Shown: positions 19,879-30,616, numbered from the stretch's first letter. The stretch is 64,000 bases of DNA from Coxiellaceae bacterium UBA6002 (GCA_002429595.1 DJAM01000020.1:39035-103034); one strand, 5' to 3'. Numbers and translations are program-made. The notes: a model not told the origin generated them from the sequence alone.

Positions 19879-22707
19879 ATGGCTCAGGACAAAACTTTTG
19901 ATTTTACAGACGTATCCTTTCCGGAAGGCGCAATATTTCGTCGCCTAAAAAAACTTCTCACTAGCGTGGCGACTAGTTCGCATCTTCGAGCAACTCTCGA
20001 TGATCTCATCCGTTTTATTCTGGAAACAGAAGAGGTTATCAAAGATTCTAAGTACAAAGACCACCGTGAGTATCTGTTGGAGCTCTTAGACAACAAATTC
20101 TATCCGTTGGCGGATGCGTTATGTGACGAAGATGTGACCTATGAAAAATTATTAATTATTAAAGCGAAACGTAAGATAACGACAAGTTATCTTCCTAATC
20201 ATTTTTTTGGACAGGAACCCGAATTTGTTCCACTGGCTACGTATCAAAGGGATGATAATACTTGGAAACAAGAAGAGAAGCGGTTCAAAAAAAAGCACTT
20301 ACTTCATACGGCAATCTCATTAGCCCCTTTATTTAAAAAAGCCTATCCCCTAAAGCGCGCAGAAGAACCAGACACAATGGCTGCGGCGTCTGTCGACAGT
20401 AGTGAAGCACCACCACCACATTTGCTCAAATTGCGAGAAAACTACTTAGAGCAAGAAGCACTCGCTAAAATGATTTCGAATTTTAGAGTGCGACGTTCTC
20501 TTCACGATAAAGATGGAGTTAAGCTCTTATTAGTCTATCAATTGGGTCGCTACCGCGATTTTTCTTTGCCTGGATTTGATGAGGCAACGGCTATTCTTCA
20601 GAAATATCGGCAAGCTTATCTAGTTCTAAAAAATACCATGCCAACGTTGCAGGACTCGTTAGAGACGATTGATGTTGCTTTTGTAAAACTTCAAGAGGCA
20701 TTTGAGCAAGAGAAACTTCGCCTTAAACGCACTTCAGCTTCAACACAAGAAATCAACGCTGCTGTTTTGCAACATCTAGCCACTGTTCGGCATACTATTT
20801 GGTGTATGTCCAAAGAGATTGAAAATCTACATCATGGTGTCTATCAATTGGGTGCCATCAGGAAAGCCCTGGTTGCTGCGACTCCTTATCATCCTGGTCA
20901 GCTAAGTGGTTTCATCAAATTTATTCGAGAAAATCAAGATTACTTTAGCCGGGAAAGGCCTAATAATTTTCTAAGAGTAAATTATTTTTATACTGATGAA
21001 CAAAGAGAAAAATATCGCGTCCATATTATCAAGGGCAAATGTTATCGAATCGTTCGTTCCTATGGCAAAATTAAGTTTGTTCCTTTTTCAACCACAGAAG
21101 AAACTTCACACCGTAAAAAAGGCTGGGTTTCTTTCGTCATGAACAGAAATGGTGAAATTTTTGCCGGTTCGCACGATGAAATGCGCAACTTGCTTCATTC
21201 AAGTTTCATGGCTGGCGCTCCAGTATTTTTTCCAGGTGAAATGAAAACTGCGCCAGATGGAACGATTCAAGAGGTATCGAATTATAGTGGTCATTATGGT
21301 CCTAACTTAGAGGCGATGGAGGCTTTTGCCTGTCATTTGTCCCAAAAGCGCCAAGTTGATGTCTCTAGCATTAATTTTTACGCAGTGGATGCCAAAGGTC
21401 TTCAAGATAGTCTGGACAAGGTAGACCAAACCCCAGACTTGCCTAAGGACGTCATCGAAAAAGCAAAAGAAGCCTTGGAAAATCAGTCAGAGGAATTAAA
21501 GGGTTTTAGAAAGTGTTATCGATTGGTTAATGACAAATTCAACGAAATTGATTTGCCTGTCGATTCCCCCATTCCTGTCGAGGATCGCCCATATGAGATT
21601 AAGGAAAAAACGGCAAGCTCGGCCTCAACACCAGAAACGCCGGTTAGTTCCCTGGTTGGTAACGCTAAGCCAGCTTCGGTCAAATCAGAGTCAGAATTAA
21701 GTTTTGAAAGAGTCGTTTGGATTGGCGCTCTTACGATGATGGTCGTGGTTGGAATCGTTTTAGCTGCGTCTGCCATCTTGGCCACAAAAGGAATAGCTGC
21801 GCCATTCATCGGGGGTCTGATGATCAAAGCAGCTGCATTAGGCAGTGCAAGTGGTATGGTACCAGCGCTGCCAGCTGTGGGAACAGTTGCCACCTTGCTG
21901 ATTGCGGTACCAACCTTAGTGCTAAACAATATTTTTGGCTGGACTCAATCATTAGGCAAGTGGTTGGGTGGACTTTTTGGATCAAAAAATTCTGAAGCTC
22001 CGGCGGCAACAAGAACAAGCAGTAGACCCGTTGAACAAGTTGCTAAGACACCTTCTGAGGTTCCAGCTCCGAACCCACCGTCACCTCCTGAGAAAAAAGC
22101 TGACCCGCAGAGTTATCCAACTATCGTGAAAAGAATTATTGAAGAGACTGCTGCCGCTAAAATCATAGACAACATGGCAGTGACAGAAAAGCCTGTACCC
22201 ATTCAGCCGGCACAGACTATTTCCAGTATTACCAGGGTGCCTTTAAGGAGACTGGATGAAGGGCGAACTGTCAGTACCTTTATAGGGCAGAAACGAAAAT
22301 ATGGAGAGTGGACGAAGTTTGAATCCGATATGGATAAAATCGCTCACAAAGATCCAAATAATAAACATGGTTTTGCCATTTACTTGAACTGGTTAAAAAG
22401 TGACCTTGAAGGTTTACAAAAGAAAGTGCTTAGAAGTCAAGATGGGCACACTTTGGACTCACAAGAAATCTTAAAAAAATGGGCTGGTGGCAATGTTGTC
22501 CAGCTGATGTTAGACGTCGCCAATAAACTAAAAGATGAGCAAGAATTTCTTGTCAAAGTAGAACAAGAGTTTTTTAAACCTTTAGACGCCATTATTTCTG
22601 AATTTTGGCAACCTTTTCAAACAAAGCCTGTAGAAGTTCTTCGTGCATATCAGTTACAACGTGCTAATGTTTTAGTAGTAGAACAACCAAGCGTCGTTGC
22701 GCCCTAA
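19879..22707 (+). CDS. Large effector-like protein with IQM-like domain, hydrophobic segments and Pro/Ser-rich linkers
   Basis: 942-aa ORF; HSSFMAG...GE...NYSGHYGP block; hydrophobic stretch about aa 612-690; PAPNPPSPP. Confidence 0.65.
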   Translation: MAQDKTFDFTDVSFPEGAIFRRLKKLLTSVATSSHLRATLDDLIRFILETEEVIKDSKYKDHREYLLELLDNKFYPLADALCDEDVTYEKLLIIKAKRKITTSYLPNHFFGQEPEFVPLATYQRDDNTWKQEEKRFKKKHLLHTAISLAPLFKKAYPLKRAEEPDTMAAASVDSSEAPPPHLLKLRENYLEQEALAKMISNFRVRRSLHDKDGVKLLLVYQLGRYRDFSLPGFDEATAILQKYRQAYLVLKNTMPTLQDSLETIDVAFVKLQEAFEQEKLRLKRTSASTQEINAAVLQHLATVRHTIWCMSKEIENLHHGVYQLGAIRKALVAATPYHPGQLSGFIKFIRENQDYFSRERPNNFLRVNYFYTDEQREKYRVHIIKGKCYRIVRSYGKIKFVPFSTTEETSHRKKGWVSFVMNRNGEIFAGSHDEMRNLLHSSFMAGAPVFFPGEMKTAPDGTIQEVSNYSGHYGPNLEAMEAFACHLSQKRQVDVSSINFYAVDAKGLQDSLDKVDQTPDLPKDVIEKAKEALENQSEELKGFRKCYRLVNDKFNEIDLPVDSPIPVEDRPYEIKEKTASSASTPETPVSSLVGNAKPASVKSESELSFERVVWIGALTMMVVVGIVLAASAILATKGIAAPFIGGLMIKAAALGSASGMVPALPAVGTVATLLIAVPTLVLNNIFGWTQSLGKWLGGLFGSKNSEAPAATRTSSRPVEQVAKTPSEVPAPNPPSPPEKKADPQSYPTIVKRIIEETAAAKIIDNMAVTEKPVPIQPAQTISSITRVPLRRLDEGRTVSTFIGQKRKYGEWTKFESDMDKIAHKDPNNKHGFAIYLNWLKSDLEGLQKKVLRSQDGHTLDSQEILKKWAGGNVVQLMLDVANKLKDEQEFLVKVEQEFFKPLDAIISEFWQPFQTKPVEVLRAYQLQRANVLVVEQPSVVAP

Positions 22708-22712
22708 ATCTT

Positions 22713-24035
22713 ATGGATAAAACTAAAATACTGACTCCCTACGAACAAGCCATTCGAGATCTTTCGGATCGTATTGTTGATGCTCAAAAGCCTATTCGTA
22801 TTTTAAATTCGCTAAAATGGGACCTGCATGTAAAGGAGTATTTTTTTAAACACCGATTCAAAAAATTGCCTCCTGTTAATGAAGCGTATTATCAACGTAA
22901 CTCATTAAATTTTGATCCACAGAAAAAGACAGAGGAATTCTATGCCATCGAGTTGGACATTCGTCGCAAACTGGGTCAGTTTAGCGGCATCGGGGGCATC
23001 ATGCGTCGCATGTGTCGGGAGTACCGTGAAGTAATCAGGATGTTAGAGGCAAGAGGCACTCCGGAGTTTACGAAAATATCACAGGATTTATATGGAAGTT
23101 CTGAAGACGTGTTTTATGCAGGTGCACCGACCTTAACTGATTTAGCCGTATTAGTTTCCGAAACCTTATCACGAGTTAAACGCACTGAAATTGATCCTGA
23201 AGAAGTTAAAAAATATTCTGCGCATGAAGCCGCCAGCATTCTCACCAAGCGCTTAAAACATTATTTTAACACGGCAAATACTACGCATCATCGACAACCC
23301 TATAAAGTTAAAATTCGGCTAAGTGACACCATTATGTCAGATGCGGCGGCCGGAGCCGATACCATCCGAATTCGATCAAGCAGTGAGTTTAGTGAGCGTG
23401 ATCTTAAAATATTTGAAGTTCATGAGGGTTGGGTCCACATTGGAACGACACTTAACGGCTTAGCCCAGCCGGTCTGCACCTTTTTGAGCAAAGGACCGCC
23501 ATCTTCAACGGTTAACCAGGAAGGGTTGGCGATTATAATGGAGATTTTCACCTTTTCCTCCTACCCCTCGCGGGTGAAGCGGTTGACTGATCGGGTGACA
23601 GCGATTCAAATGGCGGAAGAGGGCGCTAATTTTATTGATGTCTTTAAGTTTTTCTTGGAAGAAGGTCAAAACGAAAATCAAAGTTACGCCAATGCTCAAC
23701 GCGTTTTTAGAGGCAGTACACCCGAAGATGGTCCTTTCACCAAAGATCTTGGATACAGTAAAGGTTTTATTCTGATTTATAATTATATTCGGATTGCCAT
23801 TCAAAAAGGGTTACAAGAATACATCCCGCTATTATTTCTAGGTAAAACAACGCTCGAAGACTTGCGTGTTTTTGCAGATTTGATGGAGGGTGGTGTGATT
23901 ATTCCCCCCATCTATTTGCCACCACAATTTAAGGACTTATCTTCCCTATGCGCTTGGATGTCGTATTCTATCTTTTTGAATAAATTAAGCTTAGAGCATT
24001 TAACCACTGATTATAAGATGTTCTTACATGTTTAA
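22713..24035 (+). CDS. QEGLA-motif metallopeptidase (flavohemoglobin expression-modulating / MATCAP-like)
   Basis: HEGWVH zincin motif, QEGLA, RVFRG, FTKDLGY. Confidence 0.88.
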   Translation: MDKTKILTPYEQAIRDLSDRIVDAQKPIRILNSLKWDLHVKEYFFKHRFKKLPPVNEAYYQRNSLNFDPQKKTEEFYAIELDIRRKLGQFSGIGGIMRRMCREYREVIRMLEARGTPEFTKISQDLYGSSEDVFYAGAPTLTDLAVLVSETLSRVKRTEIDPEEVKKYSAHEAASILTKRLKHYFNTANTTHHRQPYKVKIRLSDTIMSDAAAGADTIRIRSSSEFSERDLKIFEVHEGWVHIGTTLNGLAQPVCTFLSKGPPSSTVNQEGLAIIMEIFTFSSYPSRVKRLTDRVTAIQMAEEGANFIDVFKFFLEEGQNENQSYANAQRVFRGSTPEDGPFTKDLGYSKGFILIYNYIRIAIQKGLQEYIPLLFLGKTTLEDLRVFADLMEGGVIIPPIYLPPQFKDLSSLCAWMSYSIFLNKLSLEHLTTDYKMFLHV

Positions 24036-24049
24036 TTGTTTATCAATGT

Positions 24050-24079
24050 TGTAGGTTGGCTGTCACAAGCCAACCTACA
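24050..24079. terminator. Hairpin between convergent genes
   Basis: TGTAGGTTGGCT-N6-AGCCAACCTACA. Confidence 0.7.
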
Positions 24080-24084
24080 GTGTT

Positions 24085-25116
24085 TTAGTACATTTTATCT
24101 CTACCAAAATGATAAACGATGGTCACAGCAGCTGCTTTGGCACGTGGTTTAATTTTGACATGTTGAGTCCGTTTCAAGTTTGGAAAGGGGACTGGGTCTG
24201 CAGTCAAAAGTGTTGAAGTAAGTAGGGGTGCAGTTGAATCTTCTACAGTGTTTTCTATATTTATTGAATCCAAACTAGCAACCTCGTATTCTGCGCGCAC
24301 AGAAAGGTGTCGACTTAATCGATATTCAACACCGCCACCGACTAAGGTACCATTCAGATTACTTCTATCGGTAAATTGTTGTGGGTTTCCTAAAATGGAT
24401 TGATAACTACTTTGAACATGACCTTTCACGACGCCGCCTTTACCATAAACAGCAAACCTGTTGTTAAGTTTGATACCTGCTAAGACCGAGGCACCTTCAA
24501 GGTCGTTTAGCTTAGTTTTGAAGGTTGAATCTGGCCGATTTCTCTCTACTCGTATGGGACGTGCCGTCATATCCATGGTGCCACGCGCTGCAAATGTTTC
24601 AACCCCAAAGGTTAAGCGAGAAATATCCATTTGATAACCCACTTTAAGATTGCCTGTTGTGGAAGTTTTCCGAGTACGACTGGTTTGCGACTCAGAAGGC
24701 AGAGTAATAGACAAGTCAGGAATTGAAAAATCAGTTCTATACGCATTGTTGAGGGTCAGTTTAGCTTCTCCAATGCCCACACCCACATAGAAACTATTTG
24801 CAACGGGTCCAGCCGCCATTGATTCTTCAGGGGCTGGTGCGGCTGCCATCATTAGCTCTGGCGGCGGTGTGGTGGCCAATGAAGCAGATTGTCTTGATCT
24901 ACGTTTATGTGATGCATGTTGCCGAGTGGGAGCAGGGCGTTCAGCCTGGCGAGGATTCGTTTTGGTGCTTACTGCATTGTCGTTTGGTTGACTAGAATTG
25001 GACTGATAGGAAGGTGAATTTCCTTTATCCATCGCATTGGCGGTTTGCATCAGAGGGGATAGTAATGTTGTTGTCACAAGAAAAGTGACTTGACTTATAA
25101 TTTTGCGTTTATCCAT
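24085..25116 (-). CDS. Outer-membrane beta-barrel protein (OMP_b-brl / porin-like) with disordered N-terminus
   Basis: Signal peptide, FYVGVGIG, AVYGKGG, GGGVEY, SVRAEYE, VYHF; start likely 25116. Confidence 0.75.
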   Translation of the reverse strand: MDKRKIISQVTFLVTTTLLSPLMQTANAMDKGNSPSYQSNSSQPNDNAVSTKTNPRQAERPAPTRQHASHKRRSRQSASLATTPPPELMMAAAPAPEESMAAGPVANSFYVGVGIGEAKLTLNNAYRTDFSIPDLSITLPSESQTSRTRKTSTTGNLKVGYQMDISRLTFGVETFAARGTMDMTARPIRVERNRPDSTFKTKLNDLEGASVLAGIKLNNRFAVYGKGGVVKGHVQSSYQSILGNPQQFTDRSNLNGTLVGGGVEYRLSRHLSVRAEYEVASLDSINIENTVEDSTAPLLTSTLLTADPVPFPNLKRTQHVKIKPRAKAAAVTIVYHFGRDKMY

Positions 25117-25228
25117 AACAACGATACTCCTGTAGGTAAAACGAAGCAATTTACAGTTATCTTCGTCAAGTTTCAATGCTTAAAAGATTACAAACGGATT
25201 CAAAAAAGTATTGATCAGTTTAATCTTT

Positions 25229-25738
25229 TTATTTGTCAAGCGCACTTAACAAATGTTCATAATGGGGTTCTTGAGCGATCTCGGGCACTTGTTCTGAATA
25301 TAAAACTGTGTGTTCAGAATTGAAGACCACAACAGCTCGAGATAATAATCCTGCTAAGGGTCCGTCGGTGATTGTAACGCCATAGTTCGACCCAAATTCA
25401 GGATGGCGGTAGGTCGAGGTCATGATAATATTCTTTAACCCTTCAGCCGCACAAAAACGATTTAAAGCAAAAGGTAGATCTGCTGAAACACAGATGATCA
25501 CGGCATTGTTGAGCTTTGAAGCGTACTCATTGAACTTACGGGTTGAGGCGGAACACACAGAGGTATCGATACTTGGAAAAATGGATAGAATAATGGTTTT
25601 TCCGGGAAAACTCTCCATCTTCACCTCAGTAAAGTCATCTTTAGTAAGTGTGAAGTCGGGCGCAATATCACCCGTCATCGGTAACTTGCCAACAGTATGA
25701 ATAGGTTGTCCTTTTAGGGTAATCGTCGTCATCATCAT
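25229..25738 (-). CDS. tpx: Thiol peroxidase Tpx
   Basis: FPSIDTSVC, SADLPFA.RFC.AEG, GLLSRAV, EPHYE. Confidence 0.95.
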   Translation of the reverse strand: MMMTTITLKGQPIHTVGKLPMTGDIAPDFTLTKDDFTEVKMESFPGKTIILSIFPSIDTSVCSASTRKFNEYASKLNNAVIICVSADLPFALNRFCAAEGLKNIIMTSTYRHPEFGSNYGVTITDGPLAGLLSRAVVVFNSEHTVLYSEQVPEIAQEPHYEHLLSALDK

Positions 25739-25747
25739 TCCTATAAA

Positions 25748-26230
25748 TTAGTCTCGAAAGTTTTCAAACTGCAAGGGTATTTCTATTGGTGAAGAACGTA
25801 ATAAGCTAATGACTTCTTGTAAATCATCTCTTTTTTTACCAGTGACTCTGACTTGATCACCTTGGATAGCGGCTTGCACTTTAGCTTTTGAGTTTTTAAT
25901 AATTTTGACAATCTCTTTGGCGATATTTGAATCAATCCCTTGTTTTATTTCTGCTTCTTGCTTAGCTTCTTTTAGTGTGGTGGTGATGTCCAAGAATTTA
26001 ATACTTCGGATATCAACGTCGCGTTTACTTAATTTGGCGACCAGGATTTCTTTCATTTGTTTGAGATGAAAGTCAGTGGGGCCAACCAAGAGTATTTTAT
26101 TTTCTTTTAACTCAAAGCGAGCATTCGTGTCTTTGAAATCAAAGCGGGTAGTGACTTCTTTATTAGCTTGATCAACGGCATTTTGGATTTCATGGGCATT
26201 GATCTTGGATACAATATCAAACGATGGCAT
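25748..26230 (-). CDS. yajQ: YajQ family cyclic di-GMP-binding protein
   Basis: MPSFDIVS, RFDFK, KVQAAIQGDQVRVTGKKRDDLQ, NFRD. Confidence 0.95.
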   Translation of the reverse strand: MPSFDIVSKINAHEIQNAVDQANKEVTTRFDFKDTNARFELKENKILLVGPTDFHLKQMKEILVAKLSKRDVDIRSIKFLDITTTLKEAKQEAEIKQGIDSNIAKEIVKIIKNSKAKVQAAIQGDQVRVTGKKRDDLQEVISLLRSSPIEIPLQFENFRD

Positions 26231-26264
26231 CGAAACCTCCAAACTTAATCATGACAGAGTAACC

Positions 26265-27071
26265 TTAACCCCACAATGGGTAATGTTCCAACAAGACCGA
26301 TTCACCAAAAAAGACACGAGTCGCTTTACAAAAAGACTCAGTATAATCCGAAATAAAAAAGCGCATGCTAGGCTTTTGCAAAGTCGAAGAAAGTTGATAC
26401 AACTGCAAACAATCTTTCACCGATTTTGCGACGATGGGTGTTGTGTCAATGATTTGAACACTATGATTATAATAATTGGCAATTTGATCTTTGATGACGG
26501 GATAGTGAGTGCATGCCAATAAAAGGGCATCAATATGTTCTAAAGATGGGTGAGACAGATATTCTTTTAACAATTCATCTACGATTTTTTTATTAGCAAA
26601 ACCTTCCTCAATGACAGCGGCAAGTAAAGGCGTTGCTTTAGCAAAGAGTTGAATCGATAACCCTAAGGTTTGTATCTTTTTTAGAAAGACATTTGAATTA
26701 ACCGTTTGTTTCGTTCCAATCAGTCCAATGTGTTTGCCATGATACGTTTCGCCAAGATGTGTCACGACTGGATCAATGACATTTAAGACGTGTGCCTTAC
26801 CATCAACATATTCGCGAACCAATTCATAGGCGGCTGCCGAAGCGGAGTTACACGCCATGAGGACTAGCTTACAACCATGCTGCAATAACATCTCGGAAAT
26901 CTTGACACAGTATGCCTGAATCGCGGCTTGTGATTTTTCGCCGTAGGGGAGGTGAGTGGTATCGCCAAAATAAACAATACTCTCGTTAGGCAGAGCATCG
27001 GTTACCGCCTTGGCAATGGTTAAACCACCAATGCCACTATCAAAAATACCAATGGGCGCGTCCTTTAACAT
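26265..27071 (-). CDS. murI: Glutamate racemase
   Basis: IGIFDSGIGGLT, PYGEKS, ACNSA, ACTHYP. Confidence 0.95.
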   Translation of the reverse strand: MLKDAPIGIFDSGIGGLTIAKAVTDALPNESIVYFGDTTHLPYGEKSQAAIQAYCVKISEMLLQHGCKLVLMACNSASAAAYELVREYVDGKAHVLNVIDPVVTHLGETYHGKHIGLIGTKQTVNSNVFLKKIQTLGLSIQLFAKATPLLAAVIEEGFANKKIVDELLKEYLSHPSLEHIDALLLACTHYPVIKDQIANYYNHSVQIIDTTPIVAKSVKDCLQLYQLSSTLQKPSMRFFISDYTESFCKATRVFFGESVLLEHYPLWG

Positions 27072-27180
27072 ATTCTAAATTCATTGACTTATTTTAAAAC
27101 GGCCATAGTATCATAAAAATGATGGTAAAATCATCCAAAGGGTGTTTTTCAGCAAGGCAATTTAAAGGACTTAAGCGAAA

Positions 27181-28245
27181 ATGCCAAACCGCCAACAAAT
27201 CCTTTTCTCTAAATTATCGCTCTTATTAATTGCTATTATTGTTGTTGCACTTTTAATTGTCTTAGGACCTGTGCTGCAGCCTTTTTATATTGCTGCGATT
27301 ATTGCTTATCTGAGCAACCCGTTAGTTGATCGATTACAAAAGTGGCGGCTGCCACGTATTCTTGGAGTCATCATTGTCTTTTTAGTGGTCATTTCGCTGT
27401 TCGTCATTTTGGGTTTCATTTTAATTCCGCTCATTACGGAACAAATCAATCTGTTGATCAATAAACTGCCACTGTTCTTTAATTGGCTACAAAGTACGGC
27501 CTTGCCCTGGATTAATCAAAAACTTGGCAACAGTATGCAATTGAATATGCAGAACCTGAATGTGGCGGTTATGGAGGGCATTCGAAATAACCAAGATATT
27601 GTCGGTAAAATATTGACGACGATCACAAGTTCCAGTTTCACCTTAATCGCTATTTTGTTTCAACTGATGTTAATTCCGGTCGTGACATTTTATTTACTAC
27701 GTGACTGGAATAAGTTGCTCAATAATTTTCGACGGATTTTGCCACGAAAAATTGAACCGACCGCGACGGTTCTTGCTAAGCGATACAACAATGTTTTGCA
27801 GGCTTTTCTGCGCGGTCAGCTCTTAGTGATGTTGCTATTAGGCTGTATCTATTTTCTAGGATTATGGATCGTTGGTCTGCAGTTTGCGTTATTAATTGGC
27901 ATGATTGCCGGACTACTCAGTATCGTTCCCTATCTTGGTTTCATCACAGGTTTCGTTTGCGCCTTGATCGCCGCTTATTATCAATTCCATACTTTGAGCT
28001 CTCTAGTAAGCGTGTTACTCGTTTTTATTAGCGGTCAGTGCATAGAGAGCATGTTATTGACACCCTTATTGGTGGGCGATAGCATTGGCTTGCATCCAGT
28101 TGCAGTTATCTTTGCGGTTATCACCGGTGGTTATTTTTTTGGATTTATCGGAGCGTTAATTGCACTTCCGGTTGCAGCCGCTATTATGGTATTAATGCGT
28201 TTTGGGTTAACCAAGTATTACCGAAGCTCTCTCTACACGTTATAG
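27181..28245 (+). CDS. AI-2E family transporter (PerM-like)
   Basis: AYLSNPLV, FYLLRDW, LRGQL, VPYLG, LHPVAVIFA. Confidence 0.9.
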   Translation: MPNRQQILFSKLSLLLIAIIVVALLIVLGPVLQPFYIAAIIAYLSNPLVDRLQKWRLPRILGVIIVFLVVISLFVILGFILIPLITEQINLLINKLPLFFNWLQSTALPWINQKLGNSMQLNMQNLNVAVMEGIRNNQDIVGKILTTITSSSFTLIAILFQLMLIPVVTFYLLRDWNKLLNNFRRILPRKIEPTATVLAKRYNNVLQAFLRGQLLVMLLLGCIYFLGLWIVGLQFALLIGMIAGLLSIVPYLGFITGFVCALIAAYYQFHTLSSLVSVLLVFISGQCIESMLLTPLLVGDSIGLHPVAVIFAVITGGYFFGFIGALIALPVAAAIMVLMRFGLTKYYRSSLYTL

Positions 28246-28258
28246 CTTTTACCAACTT

Positions 28259-29038
28259 GTGGTGAACTGTCGAATGAAGCAAGCTGTCATAAAACTGTCT
28301 GCACTGTTGGTCTTGTTGATGACTACCGCAGTCGCAACACCGACTCATTGGCGAGTTCTAGCGCCAGGCGTTGAATACACGAAGCTCGACATGTTGTCAG
28401 GATTTCATACTGGCCACCTTCATGCCTTTCGGATCAATCTTGAACAGAATAGGTTGGAACTTGCAATTGCCGAAGACCAACGTAATAAAATTGCTACTGT
28501 GTTGGATTTAGTGGTCACGTCAAAGGGAATTGTGGGCATCAACGGCGGTTTTTTTAGCCAAGAATTAAAGCCCTTAGGGTTGCGGATTTCAAATGGTGTT
28601 TTGCGTAATCCCATCAAGGCGACGTCATGGTGGGGCGTCTTTTACATCAAAAATAGCCAACCTCACATTGTCAGCCAAAAAGAATTTCGTGAATCTAAAA
28701 ATATCCAATTCGCGGTGCAAAGTGGTCCGAGGCTCATTGTGAATAACAATATCCCGTTGTCGTTAAAACCGGGTGTAGATAGTCGTACCGCAGTCGGAAT
28801 TACTCAGCATTCGAAAGTGATCTTGGTGGTTACTGATCGTTTAAGTCTTTCCACCACCCAACTTGCTAAACTTATGAAGGCACCGCCCATGGAAGGCGGA
28901 CTAGGTTGTGATGAAGCATTAAATTTAGACGGTGGTACGTCCTCACAACTGTATGTTAATACGTCGGATTTTTCCTTATCAGTGCCAAGCTTTAGCGCTG
29001 TCACCGATGCTATCTTAGTGATTCCTAAGACGAAGTAA
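28259..29038 (+). CDS. Phosphodiester glycosidase family protein (NAGPA/DUF2233)
   Basis: INGGFF, QSGPRL, RTAVGI, ALNLDGGTSSQL. Confidence 0.85.
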   Translation: MVNCRMKQAVIKLSALLVLLMTTAVATPTHWRVLAPGVEYTKLDMLSGFHTGHLHAFRINLEQNRLELAIAEDQRNKIATVLDLVVTSKGIVGINGGFFSQELKPLGLRISNGVLRNPIKATSWWGVFYIKNSQPHIVSQKEFRESKNIQFAVQSGPRLIVNNNIPLSLKPGVDSRTAVGITQHSKVILVVTDRLSLSTTQLAKLMKAPPMEGGLGCDEALNLDGGTSSQLYVNTSDFSLSVPSFSAVTDAILVIPKTK

Positions 29039-29040
29039 AT

Positions 29041-29475
29041 TTAGAAGGCATGCGGTTTTTGGGTTGGATCTTTCAAATAATTAGTGAGCAGCGTATAGAT
29101 TTTTTGCACTTTAGCGCGGTAGGCGATGTTCTTGTCGCAGGTATGAGAATGGTAGTTGCCAATCCCTTTCCACAATGTTTTATCATCAGCAATTGCACGA
29201 CTGAGTAACCAGGTTCCGACCGCAACATTGGCACAAGGGTCATATTGGATTGCTTCGCGGGTATAACCGTATTTTGCAATTTCAGGCAACCAAATCGAAT
29301 TGATTTGCATTGGGCCATAATCATAGGTGCCGTTCTTGTTCCTAATAGCATCACCGACCCGACCGTTTTCCATTCGTAACACTGAAATAATAATAACAGC
29401 CGGTACGTGATACGAAACGGCTGCCTTATTGATTGCTTCAATCGGAACATCATTAATAACGAGAGCGCTTTCCAT
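29041..29475 (-). CDS. Small lytic transglycosylase (SLT, IpgF/TrbN-like)
   Basis: Catalytic ME.G, NKNGTYDYGPMQINSIW, DPCANV, GNYHS. Confidence 0.88.
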   Translation of the reverse strand: MESALVINDVPIEAINKAAVSYHVPAVIIISVLRMENGRVGDAIRNKNGTYDYGPMQINSIWLPEIAKYGYTREAIQYDPCANVAVGTWLLSRAIADDKTLWKGIGNYHSHTCDKNIAYRAKVQKIYTLLTNYLKDPTQKPHAF

Positions 29476-29543
29476 ATGATCTCCTCATCAGCCACCGCGT
29501 GTATTATTTTAATTACGATGGTCGCTATTATAATTTCTGTTCT

Positions 29544-30464
29544 TTATTTCTCAATTTCAATGTGCCAATTAGCGCCCGCCATCACATTAAATTTCCGTGC
29601 GAAATTTTCTTGATTGGTGCCAATGGCAAGGTTCATTAGACTATTGGTGTAAATGAGTGATTCACCTTGTGATACTTCACCAAAGGTGTTTTGGTAAGAT
29701 AATGTACCGTGGTAAACCTTATGGTCATTATCAAAAATTCGGACTTTATATTGCTTGCCAAGTTCTAAGCCGAATTGTTTCACAAGCTTAGCATCGATAT
29801 TGGTCCAAAGATTACCATATTGTGGGTCTAAGATAACGATAGTACCTTGAAGTTGATTGTTTTTGATAAAGGGATGTTGATAAGTTAACTTCACTAAAGG
29901 TGTTTCGTATTTAGGACCGACCTCTTCAAAGGTGATTTTACCTGCGGCTAAGCGCGCTGCCGTATAGCCATACAAATCTCGGCCATAAAAGGTATACGAA
30001 CCATTTGCCGTGCTTTGAAGTCGATTTTTTGTTTCATCGATTTCGCGTACCGCTTTGATTCCGATCGCGTCTGAGATTAAGGTCAATGTACCATTGTCCG
30101 GGGTGACAATATAATGGCCATCATTGGTTAGCGCCACAATGGACTTTCGCTTGGTACCCACACCAGGATCCACAACACTGACGAAAACAGTGCCTTTTGG
30201 CCAGTAAGGCAAGGTTTGATAAAGCCGATAAGAGGCTTCAAAGATATTATATGGGGTAATCTCATTGGTGAGGTCCGAGATGGTTAAGGTCCGATCAACC
30301 GATTCCATCACCCCTTTCATCGAACTGACTGCGCCATCTTTTAATCCAAAATCCGTTTGCACCACAACTAGCTTAGCAGCAGCATACGTGTTGGGGGTTA
30401 GCGCTGTTAAACTCAACACCAAGCAAGTAGCAAGAAGAACTTTTTTGAATGTATTAGCAATCAT
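29544..30464 (-). CDS. SAM hydroxide adenosyltransferase family (DUF62), with signal-peptide-like N-terminus
   Basis: QTDFGLKDG, VVDPGVGT.R, PDNGTL, TFYGRD, YGNLWTNI. Confidence 0.9.
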   Translation of the reverse strand: MIANTFKKVLLATCLVLSLTALTPNTYAAAKLVVVQTDFGLKDGAVSSMKGVMESVDRTLTISDLTNEITPYNIFEASYRLYQTLPYWPKGTVFVSVVDPGVGTKRKSIVALTNDGHYIVTPDNGTLTLISDAIGIKAVREIDETKNRLQSTANGSYTFYGRDLYGYTAARLAAGKITFEEVGPKYETPLVKLTYQHPFIKNNQLQGTIVILDPQYGNLWTNIDAKLVKQFGLELGKQYKVRIFDNDHKVYHGTLSYQNTFGEVSQGESLIYTNSLMNLAIGTNQENFARKFNVMAGANWHIEIEK

Positions 30465-30616
30465 GAATGTTAAAACCTCAATTTAGCAAAATAAAGGAAA
30501 TTAGCGCGGGTTATTTGAAATTCTGTTAAACCTTAGCCACAAATGTATTAATTCTTAATATTTTCTACCAAGGGGGCTATCATACTAAATGACTTTGCTG
30601 GCGACAAGCAAAAACC

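Noticed and set aside
29041-29475. Lytic transglycosylase as evidence of a conjugative or secretion island
   Set aside because: No tra/trb/vir/T3SS genes were seen in the window
30465-30616. SAM or purine riboswitch upstream of the DUF62 gene
   Set aside because: No recognisable aptamer consensus
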